Shown: in pieces, positions 15,161-22,960 of the stretch
How the letters are laid out: the number at the start of each line of letters is the position of its first letter
Numbering within the stretch: position 1 is the first letter of the stretch
From: a virus
Taxonomy: Duplodnaviria; Heunggongvirae; Uroviricota; Caudoviricetes
IMG/VR virus record: IMGVR_UViG_3300043410_000715
Span: 1-25,710 of that record
DNA length: 25,710 nucleotides
Reading direction: 5' to 3' (one strand)
Notes under the pieces: generated by a model
Told to the model about the DNA's origin: nothing
What the model saw: the letters and a program-made list of their open reading frames with translations, nothing else
Database searches by the model: none
Made by a program: the position numbers and the translations under genes

Positions 15161-15780
15161 GGTTTGATCCTCACTGTTAATTCATTTATTTTGTTTATTA
15201 CTTCTTTTGAAATTGAATGATGGTCAAACATGCCCCCGTCGTACTTGATGTTAATCACGTTTGTAGTGAACGCGGGTAATTTATCTTTGAACTCTATTTG
15301 GTAGATAGGTATATTGATTAAATTGCTAATTAACTTTTCAAATAGTAGCTTCCGTGTAGTGAAAAATCCATTGAAGTTTCCTGCATCAGTGAAATCTTTT
15401 GTCACCTGATTGTTATAATCAGCAGGGGTAAAAAACGAATGATTATGATCGGATGTTATGATAGAGTTTAAAAACTCTGTACTGACGATTATCATTTTGG
15501 GTTTCTGGGGGACTAGTTGAAACCAAGATATCAAGTTAAACTTGATGGCATCCAGCCCACCGTTAAAGACGCATAGATTATAATAATCCATCTTTAAACG
15601 TTGACTGATTAAATAAGGGTAGGTTTCTTCAACTGGTTTAGATAAATCTACACCCACGTTGTCACCCACAAATAAAATGTATTTGTGTAAGTCTACATCT
15701 TTTAGTTCTTTACACCTATGACCGCTAGTATTGAAATATTCACTAGGGTCGTGTCCTAGCAATCCATTACAGAATTGCAT
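15157..15780 (-). CDS. Degenerate SGNH-like paralog of 14423..15160
   Basis: Aligns by eye (N.SGHRCKELKDVDL.KYILFVG; ETYPYLISQ.L..DYYNL; NLISWF..V..KPK) but has GDN in place of GCS. Confidence 0.65.
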   Translation of the reverse strand: MQFCNGLLGHDPSEYFNTSGHRCKELKDVDLHKYILFVGDNVGVDLSKPVEETYPYLISQRLKMDYYNLCVFNGGLDAIKFNLISWFQLVPQKPKMIIVSTEFLNSIITSDHNHSFFTPADYNNQVTKDFTDAGNFNGFFTTRKLLFEKLISNLINIPIYQIEFKDKLPAFTTNVINIKYDGGMFDHHSISKEVINKINELTVRIKP

Positions 15781-15996
15781 TTATCTACGCCTTACAATTC
15801 GTCCTTTTGTCAGGTCGTATGGACTAAATTCGACTTCTACTGTGTCACCTAATAGAATTTTAATATCATGTTGACGCATTTTTCCTGAGATATAACCCAT
15901 TACAGTTTGACCTGCATTTAGTGTTACTCTGAAGGTGGCGTTGGGTAACACTTCAACTACTTTGCCATCCATCTTAATGCCTTCTTCTTTTGCCAT
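15781..15996 (-). CDS. infA: Translation initiation factor IF-1
   Basis: [24 protein letters not shown]...ISGKMR...[21 protein letters not shown] matches IF-1 over its full length. RBS AAGGAG. Confidence 0.95.
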   Translation of the reverse strand: MAKEEGIKMDGKVVEVLPNATFRVTLNAGQTVMGYISGKMRQHDIKILLGDTVEVEFSPYDLTKGRIVRRR

Positions 15997-16015
15997 TTTG
16001 GTTTTACTTTCTCCT

Positions 16016-16273
16016 TTAAATATTTTGTGCTTTAAGTTTTGTCCACATGAACTGTTTCAATTCATCCTGGGTTAATAAATCAGGGGTAGCTCTGGAACGA
16101 TTCTTTATCCAAACCGTTCTTCCACCTTCATATTCTTTAATTACGTAATGTGACATTTGAACTAGTTTAGCACGTTTCCCCCACCCGAGATTGAAGGCAT
16201 CTTCCTGAAATGTGTAAACACCCGGCTTGTAGACACTATGATCCACAATGACTTCACAGTAGTAATTAGCCAC
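16016..16273 (-). CDS. Hypothetical protein
   Basis: Start moved to GTG 16273 (MANYYCEV...), which follows AGGA and overlaps the upstream stop. Confidence 0.65.
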   Translation of the reverse strand: MANYYCEVIVDHSVYKPGVYTFQEDAFNLGWGKRAKLVQMSHYVIKEYEGGRTVWIKNRSRATPDLLTQDELKQFMWTKLKAQNI

Positions 16274-16664
16274 GGCGCATCCTAGAGATATCTTTAGCTT
16301 CGTCATCACTGAACACAGGCACAGCATTAGACTTGTGCAGTGTACCGATACCTAACATCTTAGTACCAGTATATTGTTGAGTGGGCTTGCTACTGACTGC
16401 ACCTAAATGTGTGTCAGGCAGACTACGTGCCTTATGTGTGGATTCACGTCCAGCAGGAGCAGTTAGCCGATATGTTAGGGGCGGTGCCGCTAATGCGGAC
16501 TTACGCTTTTTTTCTTGTTGTTCAACGCCCCACTTTTTCTGTAATTCTTTCCAAGAGGTGTCAAGCTCACGTGCTTTACGTGCCTCGTCTGCATTGCGAA
16601 ACTTTTGCTTGCCTTTGCGTTTGCCGCCCATAGAAAGGGCAGGATGTGCGAGGTGCATAGTCAT
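16266..16664 (-). CDS. Basic phage hypothetical protein (GIGTLHKSNAVPV motif)
   Basis: 132-aa ORF with its own sigma70 promoter. I recognise the C-terminal motif from large-phage hypotheticals. Confidence 0.8.
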   Translation of the reverse strand: MTMHLAHPALSMGGKRKGKQKFRNADEARKARELDTSWKELQKKWGVEQQEKKRKSALAAPPLTYRLTAPAGRESTHKARSLPDTHLGAVSSKPTQQYTGTKMLGIGTLHKSNAVPVFSDDEAKDISRMRRG

Positions 16665-16696
16665 ACTGTTGAATCCATGTAGTTCATACAGTATCT

Positions 16697-16724
16697 ATTA
16701 TACGGAAAAGTGGTAAATTGTCAA
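16697..16724 (-). promoter_or_regulatory. sigma70-type promoter P5
   Basis: Minus strand TTGACA-N16-TATAAT. Confidence 0.85.
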
Positions 16725-16730
16725 GTACAT

Positions 16731-16747
16731 AAAAAGTATTACTTTTT
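16731..16747. promoter_or_regulatory. Palindrome AAAAAGTA-T-TACTTTTT upstream of the P5 -35 box; candidate operator or UP element
   Basis: Perfect 8-bp arms. The same AAAGTA-N-TACTTT core occurs at 1974-1986. Confidence 0.55.
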
Positions 16748-17170
16748 TAGGGTAGCCCAGATTTGTTCTTTTTCGATAATTTCAGCTTCAAGTTCACGGT
16801 ACATGTCACCCAAAGACTTTAGACGTTCCCATTTTTCTTCTAGTTCTTTGTTTGGGTGAAGAATAGCCAAACGTTTTTCAATATTCTCTAATGTGTCGGA
16901 AAGGCTTTTGCCTTGTATCTTAACATCACCTTCAAATTCTGCGTCCCCCTTAACTGTGAGGGCTTTGCTGTCTATTACTGTTGAACCAGATATAGAATCA
17001 ACCCATGAAGCAGAACCAGCACTGTTAGCTGTTAACCAAACACTACTTGTCCCTGCTGTACTAACCCATGATGCCGCTGATGTGCTCGTGGGTGAATTTA
17101 TAATATATGCCATATCATCTTCTTCACTTAAATTTAGTGTGATTGTGTCTATGGAAATGTCATCGTTCAT
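16739..17170 (-). CDS. Hypothetical protein (S/T-rich N-terminus, coiled-coil C-terminus)
   Basis: 143-aa ORF with an ATGA-coupled start. Confidence 0.8.
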   Translation of the reverse strand: MNDDISIDTITLNLSEEDDMAYIINSPTSTSAASWVSTAGTSSVWLTANSAGSASWVDSISGSTVIDSKALTVKGDAEFEGDVKIQGKSLSDTLENIEKRLAILHPNKELEEKWERLKSLGDMYRELEAEIIEKEQIWATLKK

Positions 17171-17352
17171 TTGTTTAACTTTCTAATAATGTAGTGACCA
17201 TTTTCATCGAGACTAAAATCAATCGTGTCCCCTTCAACCCATCCTAGTTGGTCAAGTAATACTTGTGGAATCGGAACAATTAAATCACCGGTTTCAGGAT
17301 CTTCCTGTGTGATTACTTCATAACGTGTGTAGTGTTGTCCGGGGTTAGCCAT
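17167..17352 (-). CDS. AbrB/MazE/SpoVT-like DNA-binding protein
   Basis: GDLIVPIPQVLLDQLGWVEGDTIDFSLDENGHYIIRK fits the swapped-hairpin pattern (IP...L..LG...GD.I). Confidence 0.7.
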   Translation of the reverse strand: MANPGQHYTRYEVITQEDPETGDLIVPIPQVLLDQLGWVEGDTIDFSLDENGHYIIRKLNK

Positions 17353-17357
17353 ACTCT

Positions 17358-17386
17358 ATAATACTTTCTTATTAACTATTAGTCAA
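17358..17386 (-). promoter_or_regulatory. sigma70-type promoter P6, probably giving a leaderless mRNA
   Basis: Minus strand TTGACT-N17-TATTAT, with only 5 nt to ATG 17352. Confidence 0.65.
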
Positions 17387-17400
17387 ACTGTTTGGTAAGA

Positions 17401-18174
17401 TTATTTATCGTCTAACCAGGGCATTTTTGTTTTTACAAGCTCTGATTGTTTATCCAAATAATTTTGGTAGTATTCTACAATATCAGGTCTGATTTCAGAA
17501 CCAGTCACAGAACTCAGTGTTTGCAAAACTTTATCAGGGTCGTGTATCAAATCATGCATTTTGATTTTAGTAACATTATCAACATATTTGTCTGGAATCG
17601 AAAAATCATCAGTAAAGAATTCTGCGCCCTGTAACGGCCAGCTATGGCTACAGTTTATAATGTATTCTTGTGCAACATCAACAGGTAATATTCTTGGGTC
17701 TGCATATTCTTGTAGGTACTGATGTGTGTTTTTAATGTTTTTCCATTGTATGTCTGATCCAGGAAACGTGTCACATATAGTTTTAAAGAAGAAGTTTCCA
17801 TTCATCCTCTGAACCATGTTTTCATCTACTGTCACTATTATTTGCTTGCAGAGAGGGTACTTGTAAAATAAACCATCAAAATCAGGTATCAAATGACCAA
17901 ACAATATTAATGGTCTATTTTTAAACAATGGATTAATAGTTTTATAAATTGGTTCGTTATCTTCATAACGTTTGTCACTGATGCTAGTCCAATTTTTCTC
18001 ACACTGTTTGAGGGCAACATCATGTGCGTTCCCATACTGAGAAAATTTGTACTTGTTTACTGAAACCTCTACAAATTGATATACAAGTGACGTAATGAAT
18101 GCCCCACATGAACCTCCCATCCATGTAATTGCATATGTAGGTGTGTCGGGGAAACTTATTGGTCGTTGATCCAT
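17401..18174 (-). CDS. Sulfotransferase/P-loop-like paralog 1
   Basis: YAITWMGGSCGAFITSL, GNAH, IKMHDLIHDPDKVLQTLSSVTG and terminal KMPW. Start placed at ATG 18174 by alignment with its paralogs. Confidence 0.6.
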   Translation of the reverse strand: MDQRPISFPDTPTYAITWMGGSCGAFITSLVYQFVEVSVNKYKFSQYGNAHDVALKQCEKNWTSISDKRYEDNEPIYKTINPLFKNRPLILFGHLIPDFDGLFYKYPLCKQIIVTVDENMVQRMNGNFFFKTICDTFPGSDIQWKNIKNTHQYLQEYADPRILPVDVAQEYIINCSHSWPLQGAEFFTDDFSIPDKYVDNVTKIKMHDLIHDPDKVLQTLSSVTGSEIRPDIVEYYQNYLDKQSELVKTKMPWLDDK

Positions 18175-18929
18175 GGCATCTTTTCTTGCATCAACCATTT
18201 TTGTTTTGCCAAATAAATATCATAAAAATCAACAATATCTTGTCGTATTGGTTTTTCTGTTAATGTAGATAGCAAATCTAAGATTTTGTCACGTTTATAA
18301 ATTATGTCATAGTATGGTACTGTGATTACTCTATCACGGAACTCTGATGGAATTTCGTAATATTCAGTGTAATAATTATCAGATGCCATTGCGGGCCAAA
18401 TCTTACATGTATCTTCGATGTAACGTCTAATTAATTCTTGTGGACAATTTTGTGGAGTGTACCCATTTAAATACGAGTGTTGGAACACCATTCGATCCCA
18501 GCGCAATTGGCTAACATCGTAGTGTTCATAAGTTGTTTTGTAAAACAAATTACCTTGAATCCTAGGTAACATTTTATCACACACTGATATTCTAATGTGC
18601 TTGCATTTAGGATATTTTGCAAATAATTTTTCTAGATTGGGTGGAACATGATTGTATAGAATCAACGGTTTTGTTTCGTCCAATGGATCTATAACATCAT
18701 AAATTTTGATTTGATTTAATCTGAAGTTGGTACGCCTAAATGCTGGATTTTTCCAATTATTAGTAACTATTTCAAATGCGACTTCGTGTGCATTGCCGCT
18801 ATCTGATATATGTTCTTCATTAACTTTATTATATAGAAAACTATAAAGCAAAGATAAAATAAATGCCCCGCTAGCACCACCAGTCCAATTTACCAGATAG
18901 GTATCTGTATTAGGAAAAGTTACTGACAA
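18156..18929 (-). CDS. Sulfotransferase/P-loop-like paralog 2
   Basis: YLVNWTGGASGAFILSL, GNAH, VPYYDIIYKRDKILDLLSTLT and terminal KMPW. TTG start after RBS GAGGA. Confidence 0.6.
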   Translation of the reverse strand: MSVTFPNTDTYLVNWTGGASGAFILSLLYSFLYNKVNEEHISDSGNAHEVAFEIVTNNWKNPAFRRTNFRLNQIKIYDVIDPLDETKPLILYNHVPPNLEKLFAKYPKCKHIRISVCDKMLPRIQGNLFYKTTYEHYDVSQLRWDRMVFQHSYLNGYTPQNCPQELIRRYIEDTCKIWPAMASDNYYTEYYEIPSEFRDRVITVPYYDIIYKRDKILDLLSTLTEKPIRQDIVDFYDIYLAKQKWLMQEKMPWINDQ

Positions 18930-18941
18930 TATTTCCTCACT

Positions 18942-19703
18942 TTATAGTGCTGGATACACCGTAGAACGCATTGTTTCGTGTTCTTCAACTAAGTCTGTGT
19001 ATACTTGTAAAATTTCAGGTTTTAGTTGTCCACCAGTAAATTCAACCAGTTGATCCAATGCAACGTATGAATTGTTCGTTGAAGGCGTGATGATATCATC
19101 GTAGTTAATCACACAAACTCTATCTTCCATACCTGCTGGAATAGAAACATTCTTGGAATATCTGACTAATAATAATTCATTGTTTTTATTATTTGTCACA
19201 TCGAATAATTTTTGCTGAACGTCTGTGCTATTCACGTTTTCTGCGGAAACAGTAACATCAAACTTTTCTTTGACCTTGTTAAAAGTGTATTCTATTTTTT
19301 CAATAGCTTCCGGATTTAGTAAGTCCTTTTCCTGCTGGGATAGTGTAAAATACTGTTTTGACAAAGGTTCAATAACTTTACAATAAGTATTTTTAGTGAT
19401 TTCTACACGATTAGCATCTGATAGTTTAATAATCACAAACTTGGTATTTGTCAAATTGCTATTAGTTGCTACTTCTTCTAGGTTCACCAACGTTCTAGTT
19501 GCAAATACTCCATTTGCATTAGGTGGAAAACTCAGATGAGAGAATACATCTGAATCATATGAATTAACACCGGAGTCAAGAATGTAGGATGGATTATTAA
19601 CTGAAATGTCAGTTGGATATTCAAAGTCATTTGCTAGATTAAATAAAATCATTGCTAATGAGGGCCCAAATGTGCCAGGTGCGGAAGAAACTACATAGTT
19701 CAT
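18942..19703 (-). CDS. Sulfotransferase/P-loop-like paralog 3 (most diverged)
   Basis: YVVSSAPGTFGPSL...INYDDII...ALDQLVEFTG. Confidence 0.5.
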   Translation of the reverse strand: MNYVVSSAPGTFGPSLAMILFNLANDFEYPTDISVNNPSYILDSGVNSYDSDVFSHLSFPPNANGVFATRTLVNLEEVATNSNLTNTKFVIIKLSDANRVEITKNTYCKVIEPLSKQYFTLSQQEKDLLNPEAIEKIEYTFNKVKEKFDVTVSAENVNSTDVQQKLFDVTNNKNNELLLVRYSKNVSIPAGMEDRVCVINYDDIITPSTNNSYVALDQLVEFTGGQLKPEILQVYTDLVEEHETMRSTVYPAL

Positions 19704-19704
19704 T

Positions 19705-20235
19705 TTATAAATACCTTTCGTATATCTTATTTAGCTGTTTTATCGTATATTCAGTGGTAGCATCACTGTGTTTTACTGCAATTCCACCCGCTTCAGCCCA
19801 GGATTGTAGATAATAGTTAAAGTCATCAACTAAAACATTGGGTCGTCCATCAGTCGTTGCATACCTAAATTTTCTCTTTGTAAAGATAGCATTTTCGCTG
19901 GTGCCCGGATTATATTGGTCTAACCAATCACGTTTTGCTTCGATACTAGCTTGTGGTTCGTTCCTAAGAGGAGCACTAAGTACAGTAAACGGAATCTTGT
20001 TTTTATGTAACCATTTGATGATTTCTTGACCACCGGGCAATGGATCAAGTTCACGGAATAGTTGATAAACTTCGTACGGGCCTTTTAGACTCAATCTAGT
20101 GATTGCTTCATTTTGATCCGGTATATCGTCCCAGTGAGGTACATTTTCACGTTTTGCTATAGCATGGAATAAGTCAGCTTGGACTCCGTCCATATCTAGA
20201 TATAAGTGGGGCATTTTTTCTCTATTTGTATTCAT
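19705..20235 (-). CDS. HAD-superfamily 5'(3')-deoxyribonucleotidase (NT5C-like)
   Basis: LYLDMDGV.ADL, VLSAPL, K..WL and VLVDDF.YYLQSW.EAGG.AVKH. Start moved to the ATGA-coupled ATG 20235. Confidence 0.88.
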   Translation of the reverse strand: MNTNREKMPHLYLDMDGVQADLFHAIAKRENVPHWDDIPDQNEAITRLSLKGPYEVYQLFRELDPLPGGQEIIKWLHKNKIPFTVLSAPLRNEPQASIEAKRDWLDQYNPGTSENAIFTKRKFRYATTDGRPNVLVDDFNYYLQSWAEAGGIAVKHSDATTEYTIKQLNKIYERYL

Positions 20236-20999
20236 AATAATATCCAAGGCATTTTTTCTTTGATTAATTTGTCTCTACCATCAACGTATTTTTCATACAT
20301 CTTTTGCACACTATCGGAAACGATTGTGTCAGTAAAATTGGCTAAACTTGACAACCCTTTGTACTGTTCAGATTCCATAGTAAACAAATCATTATAACTC
20401 AGTACTAGTGTAGTGTCAACAAAATCAGGTGGAATTACTGGGTTTCTAAAAGGTCTGGTTGGCAAGAATTGTTTCTCGTATATGTAGTATTCCAAACTTA
20501 TTTCTCGAATCTCGTTGGTAGTAATTTTGGTATAATCGTACTCACGCCCGTATAGTTTCCTATGACAATTGAGTATAAAGCGAGTATAAAGCGTATCGTG
20601 CGGTGGTGTTTTTTCTAGCCCGTCAAACCCATTCTTAAGTAATGCATTTCCCGTAATTTCTAAAAAATCATTTTCTGTATAGCTCAAAACAACAATCTTG
20701 GCATTCGGGAATCGTTGACGAATTGTATCCCAATCAGGAAACACATGAGTGTTTAATAGTTTGTTACCATATGGATTTAGTGGGCTGGGGCTGTCAGAAA
20801 ACTCAATTTTTTTATAAACATCAGTGGTAAAAACTGGTTGATTGGCCCAACTTAAAGCCCAATGTGATGTTGTGTGTGCTGAATTGTGTTTAGTGTATTC
20901 AATGTTAACGTCAAGATTGTTAATCAGACTCCAAATGATACTAGAAACAAATCTACCGGACGTTCCTGGAATAAAGCTGACTATATACAGGTCGTTCAT
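20232..20999 (-). CDS. Sulfotransferase/P-loop-like paralog 4
   Basis: YIVSFIPGTSGRFVSSI, NSAH, THVFPD, LSYNDLF...LSSLANFT and terminal KMPW. Confidence 0.6.
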   Translation of the reverse strand: MNDLYIVSFIPGTSGRFVSSIIWSLINNLDVNIEYTKHNSAHTTSHWALSWANQPVFTTDVYKKIEFSDSPSPLNPYGNKLLNTHVFPDWDTIRQRFPNAKIVVLSYTENDFLEITGNALLKNGFDGLEKTPPHDTLYTRFILNCHRKLYGREYDYTKITTNEIREISLEYYIYEKQFLPTRPFRNPVIPPDFVDTTLVLSYNDLFTMESEQYKGLSSLANFTDTIVSDSVQKMYEKYVDGRDKLIKEKMPWILL

Positions 21000-21003
21000 G
21001 TTA

Positions 21004-21010
21004 TATTTAG
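21004..21010 (-). promoter_or_regulatory. Candidate late promoter CTAAATA, 4 nt before the ATG (leaderless)
   Basis: CTAAATA-taac-ATG with no SD. The same geometry occurs at 22950-22963. Confidence 0.55.
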
Positions 21011-21050
21011 TAGGCCATTATATTGCGTGATTGTTTTCACCGAAAACAGC

Positions 21051-21062
21051 TAAATATTTATA
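21051..21062. promoter_or_regulatory. Palindromic TAAATATTTA giving late cores on both strands, with exact TATAAATA on the minus strand
   Basis: Lies in the divergent intergenic gap 21000-21093. Confidence 0.5.
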
Positions 21063-21093
21063 CAATAATAATAAGAAGAAAGAACAATTTGGG

Positions 21094-21876
21094 ATGGATC
21101 CATTGACGCTGTTTGCACTTGCCAACGGAGCTGTATCCGCAGTTAAGGCAGGTTGTAAACTGTATAAAGATATCAAGGGTGCCGCTGGGGAAGTGAAAGA
21201 AGTCCTCAAAGACCTTGACGACCAGTTTCATAAACTCCATCCCCCAGAAAAGCCTGCTACAGTAGAACAACGCAATCAGTATGTTCAAGAACGCAACAAA
21301 ATTGTAGACCTAAACAAAAAAGCAAATGCCGGTCAACACACTGATATCTATAAAGACATAGGTGAACAACTAGGCGCATACTACGACAATTATTACAAGT
21401 GCGTTGCTATCTTTGATGAAGAAGAAAAACGTGCCAAAACAGAAGTATACACAGGAGATGCTAGTTTAGGCAAACGTGCATTGCAACGTATTTTGATGCG
21501 TAAACAATTAGAGGAGATGGGTAAAGAATTACGTGAAGTTATGATTTACCAATCGCCACCTGAGTTGGGTGCTTTGTACACTGAAGTTTCTGATATGATG
21601 GAACAGATGGGCAAAGAACAACAAGTGTTAATTTCTAAAAAGATGCGTGAAGACCACGCTGCCTCAGTTAAAAGAAAAAAGAGAATTGAAAAACTTTGGC
21701 TTGAAGCCGCTTGGGGTATGGGTGCAGTTGTTATTGCTGCCGGGATAGGACTAGGATTAGCTCTAGTCGTTGAAGATAGAATAAAGAAATACCCTCATTT
21801 GGGAGAAGACTGGATTCCAAAGACAGAAGCACAACGCATCAAAGATGCCCAACCAAAGGTGTATACTGGAAGATAA
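21094..21876 (+). CDS. Helical/coiled-coil protein with C-terminal transmembrane helix
   Basis: Start at MDPLTLFALANGAV. Long helical body and a hydrophobic segment AAWGMGAVVIAAGIGLGLALVV. Confidence 0.8.
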   Translation: MDPLTLFALANGAVSAVKAGCKLYKDIKGAAGEVKEVLKDLDDQFHKLHPPEKPATVEQRNQYVQERNKIVDLNKKANAGQHTDIYKDIGEQLGAYYDNYYKCVAIFDEEEKRAKTEVYTGDASLGKRALQRILMRKQLEEMGKELREVMIYQSPPELGALYTEVSDMMEQMGKEQQVLISKKMREDHAASVKRKKRIEKLWLEAAWGMGAVVIAAGIGLGLALVVEDRIKKYPHLGEDWIPKTEAQRIKDAQPKVYTGR

Positions 21877-21877
21877 T

Positions 21878-22033
21878 ATGAGTTTAATAAGAGAATACCA
21901 CACACTTTGGAACTGGTTGTTGAACAGGGGAATACTTATAGCATCAATTATTGTAAATTTTGTGCTAGCAACTATATTTGCGATTAGTATAGCAATATTA
22001 ATCGTATTCATTAGATGGTGGGACAAACACTAA
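21878..22033 (+). CDS. Small single-TM membrane protein (51 aa)
   Basis: ATG 1 nt after the upstream stop. Hydrophobic GILIASIIVNFVLATIFAISIAILIVFI. Confidence 0.65.
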   Translation: MSLIREYHTLWNWLLNRGILIASIIVNFVLATIFAISIAILIVFIRWWDKH

Positions 22034-22036
22034 ATA
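22031..22036 (+). promoter_or_regulatory. Candidate late promoter core TAAATA
   Basis: CTAAATA directly upstream of RBS AAGGAG and ATG 22054. Confidence 0.5.
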
Positions 22037-22053
22037 AATTAAAGGAGAAAATC

Positions 22054-22599
22054 ATGGCAGAAGAACAAAAAGAAGTTAAACCATTATCACGTTCAGAGCG
22101 TGAAGCATTAATCAAAGACAAAGCAGGATTAGTTATCGTTATCATGGCATTGTTTATGGCATTAACTACGTACTTTGGAAACAAGCACTCAGGTGCTGTA
22201 ATGAAGAACATGTTAAAGGCTACAGACACATACGCTTTCTATCAATCTAAGAGTATCAAGCAAGCAATTGCTGAAGGTCAATTAGACGATGCGATGCAAC
22301 GCAAAGACACAGCAAAGATAGAGAAACTACAAGCTAAGATCGACCGCTACGAATCTGATCCAAAGTCAGGTGAAGGTAAGAAAGAATTGCTTGCAAAGGC
22401 TAGAGCATTTGAAGAAGCAAGAGATGATGCGGCTAAACATGGTCCGTGGTTAACGTTTGCTAGTATGATATTCCAATTAGCGATTGTTTTATTGTCTGCT
22501 AGTATTTTAGCAGTCAACAATAAAATGTATAAGACCAGTTTATACGTTGCGGGCGTTGGAGTACTAATGCTAGTTCAAGGTATCTGGTTGTGGGTATAA
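22054..22599 (+). CDS. DUF4337-like membrane protein
   Basis: TM1 (AGLVIVIMALFMAL), ATDTYAFYQSKSIKQ, a coiled coil, then C-terminal TMs (FQLAIVLLSASILA). Family recognised by eye. Confidence 0.75.
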   Translation: MAEEQKEVKPLSRSEREALIKDKAGLVIVIMALFMALTTYFGNKHSGAVMKNMLKATDTYAFYQSKSIKQAIAEGQLDDAMQRKDTAKIEKLQAKIDRYESDPKSGEGKKELLAKARAFEEARDDAAKHGPWLTFASMIFQLAIVLLSASILAVNNKMYKTSLYVAGVGVLMLVQGIWLWV

Positions 22600-22781
22600 C
22601 CCGACCATCAGACGGAAACCTCAAAGAATATGAGGTTTCTTTAGTTTTGCCTGATGATTTCACATTTGCGGGAATCGTCCCATATGACATGCAATTTAAT
22701 AACAAAACTGTTACAGTACGATTATTAGCATTGACTTATGAAGAGGCAGAAGAAAAAGTATTTGAATACTTTTACAAATAA
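22590..22781 (+). CDS. Small hypothetical protein
   Basis: GTG start overlapping the DUF4337-like stop; ends just before a terminator. Confidence 0.6.
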   Translation: MGITRPSDGNLKEYEVSLVLPDDFTFAGIVPYDMQFNNKTVTVRLLALTYEEAEEKVFEYFYK

Positions 22782-22784
22782 TTC

Positions 22785-22804
22785 AGCCCCGAAAGGGGCT
22801 TTTT
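22785..22804 (+). terminator. Intrinsic terminator (GNRA loop)
   Basis: AGCCCC-GAAA-GGGGCT-TTTT, 3 nt after the stop. Confidence 0.85.
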
Positions 22805-22819
22805 CATAGGAGAATGACT

Positions 22820-22957
22820 ATGAGTTGGTTTATGAGAAGACCTAGATTAAAAGAGCAACCAAAACAAACACCTCATCACCAGAGTCCAATGTCTGTTAAG
22901 GTTATGAAAAAAATGAAGGAAGAAACACAACCGACTAAACCTAAAAAGACTAAATAA
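22820..22957 (+). CDS. Small basic hypothetical protein (45 aa, not in the ORF track)
   Basis: RBS AGGAG at 22808-22812. MSWFMRRPRLKEQPKQTPHHQSPMSVKVMKKMKEETQPTKPKKTK*. Confidence 0.55.
   Translation: MSWFMRRPRLKEQPKQTPHHQSPMSVKVMKKMKEETQPTKPKKTK
22950..22956 (+). promoter_or_regulatory. Candidate late promoter CTAAATA, 4 nt before the ATG (leaderless)
   Basis: CTAAATA-acta-ATG(22961) with no SD. Confidence 0.55.
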
Positions 22958-22960
22958 CTA

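Noticed and set aside
16381-16716. + strand ORFs antisense to 16266..16664, and similar short opposite-strand ORFs across the window
   Set aside because: They fully overlap better-supported genes that have promoters, RBSs or coupling, and they show no motifs.
19706-19713. Exact TATAAATA on the + strand
   Set aside because: It points antisense into the nucleotidase gene and arises from a stop-codon junction in AT-rich sequence. No + strand gene follows.
19705-20235. Nucleotidase acting as a PAP phosphatase for the sulfotransferase-like array
   Set aside because: PAP removal is normally done by CysQ or DHH-family enzymes, and NT5C-like genes are common in large phages. Adjacency alone is insufficient.
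21094-21180. Likeness of MDPLTLFA... to fungal HeLo-like/SesA N-terminal helices
   Set aside because: A short hydrophobic-helix resemblance only, with no NTPase domain. It cannot be supported without a profile search.
22754-22773. Palindrome AAAAGTATT-TG-AATACTTTT, resembling the candidate operator
   Set aside because: Different half-site spacing, inside a CDS, and no sigma70 promoter at the 30-bp offset.
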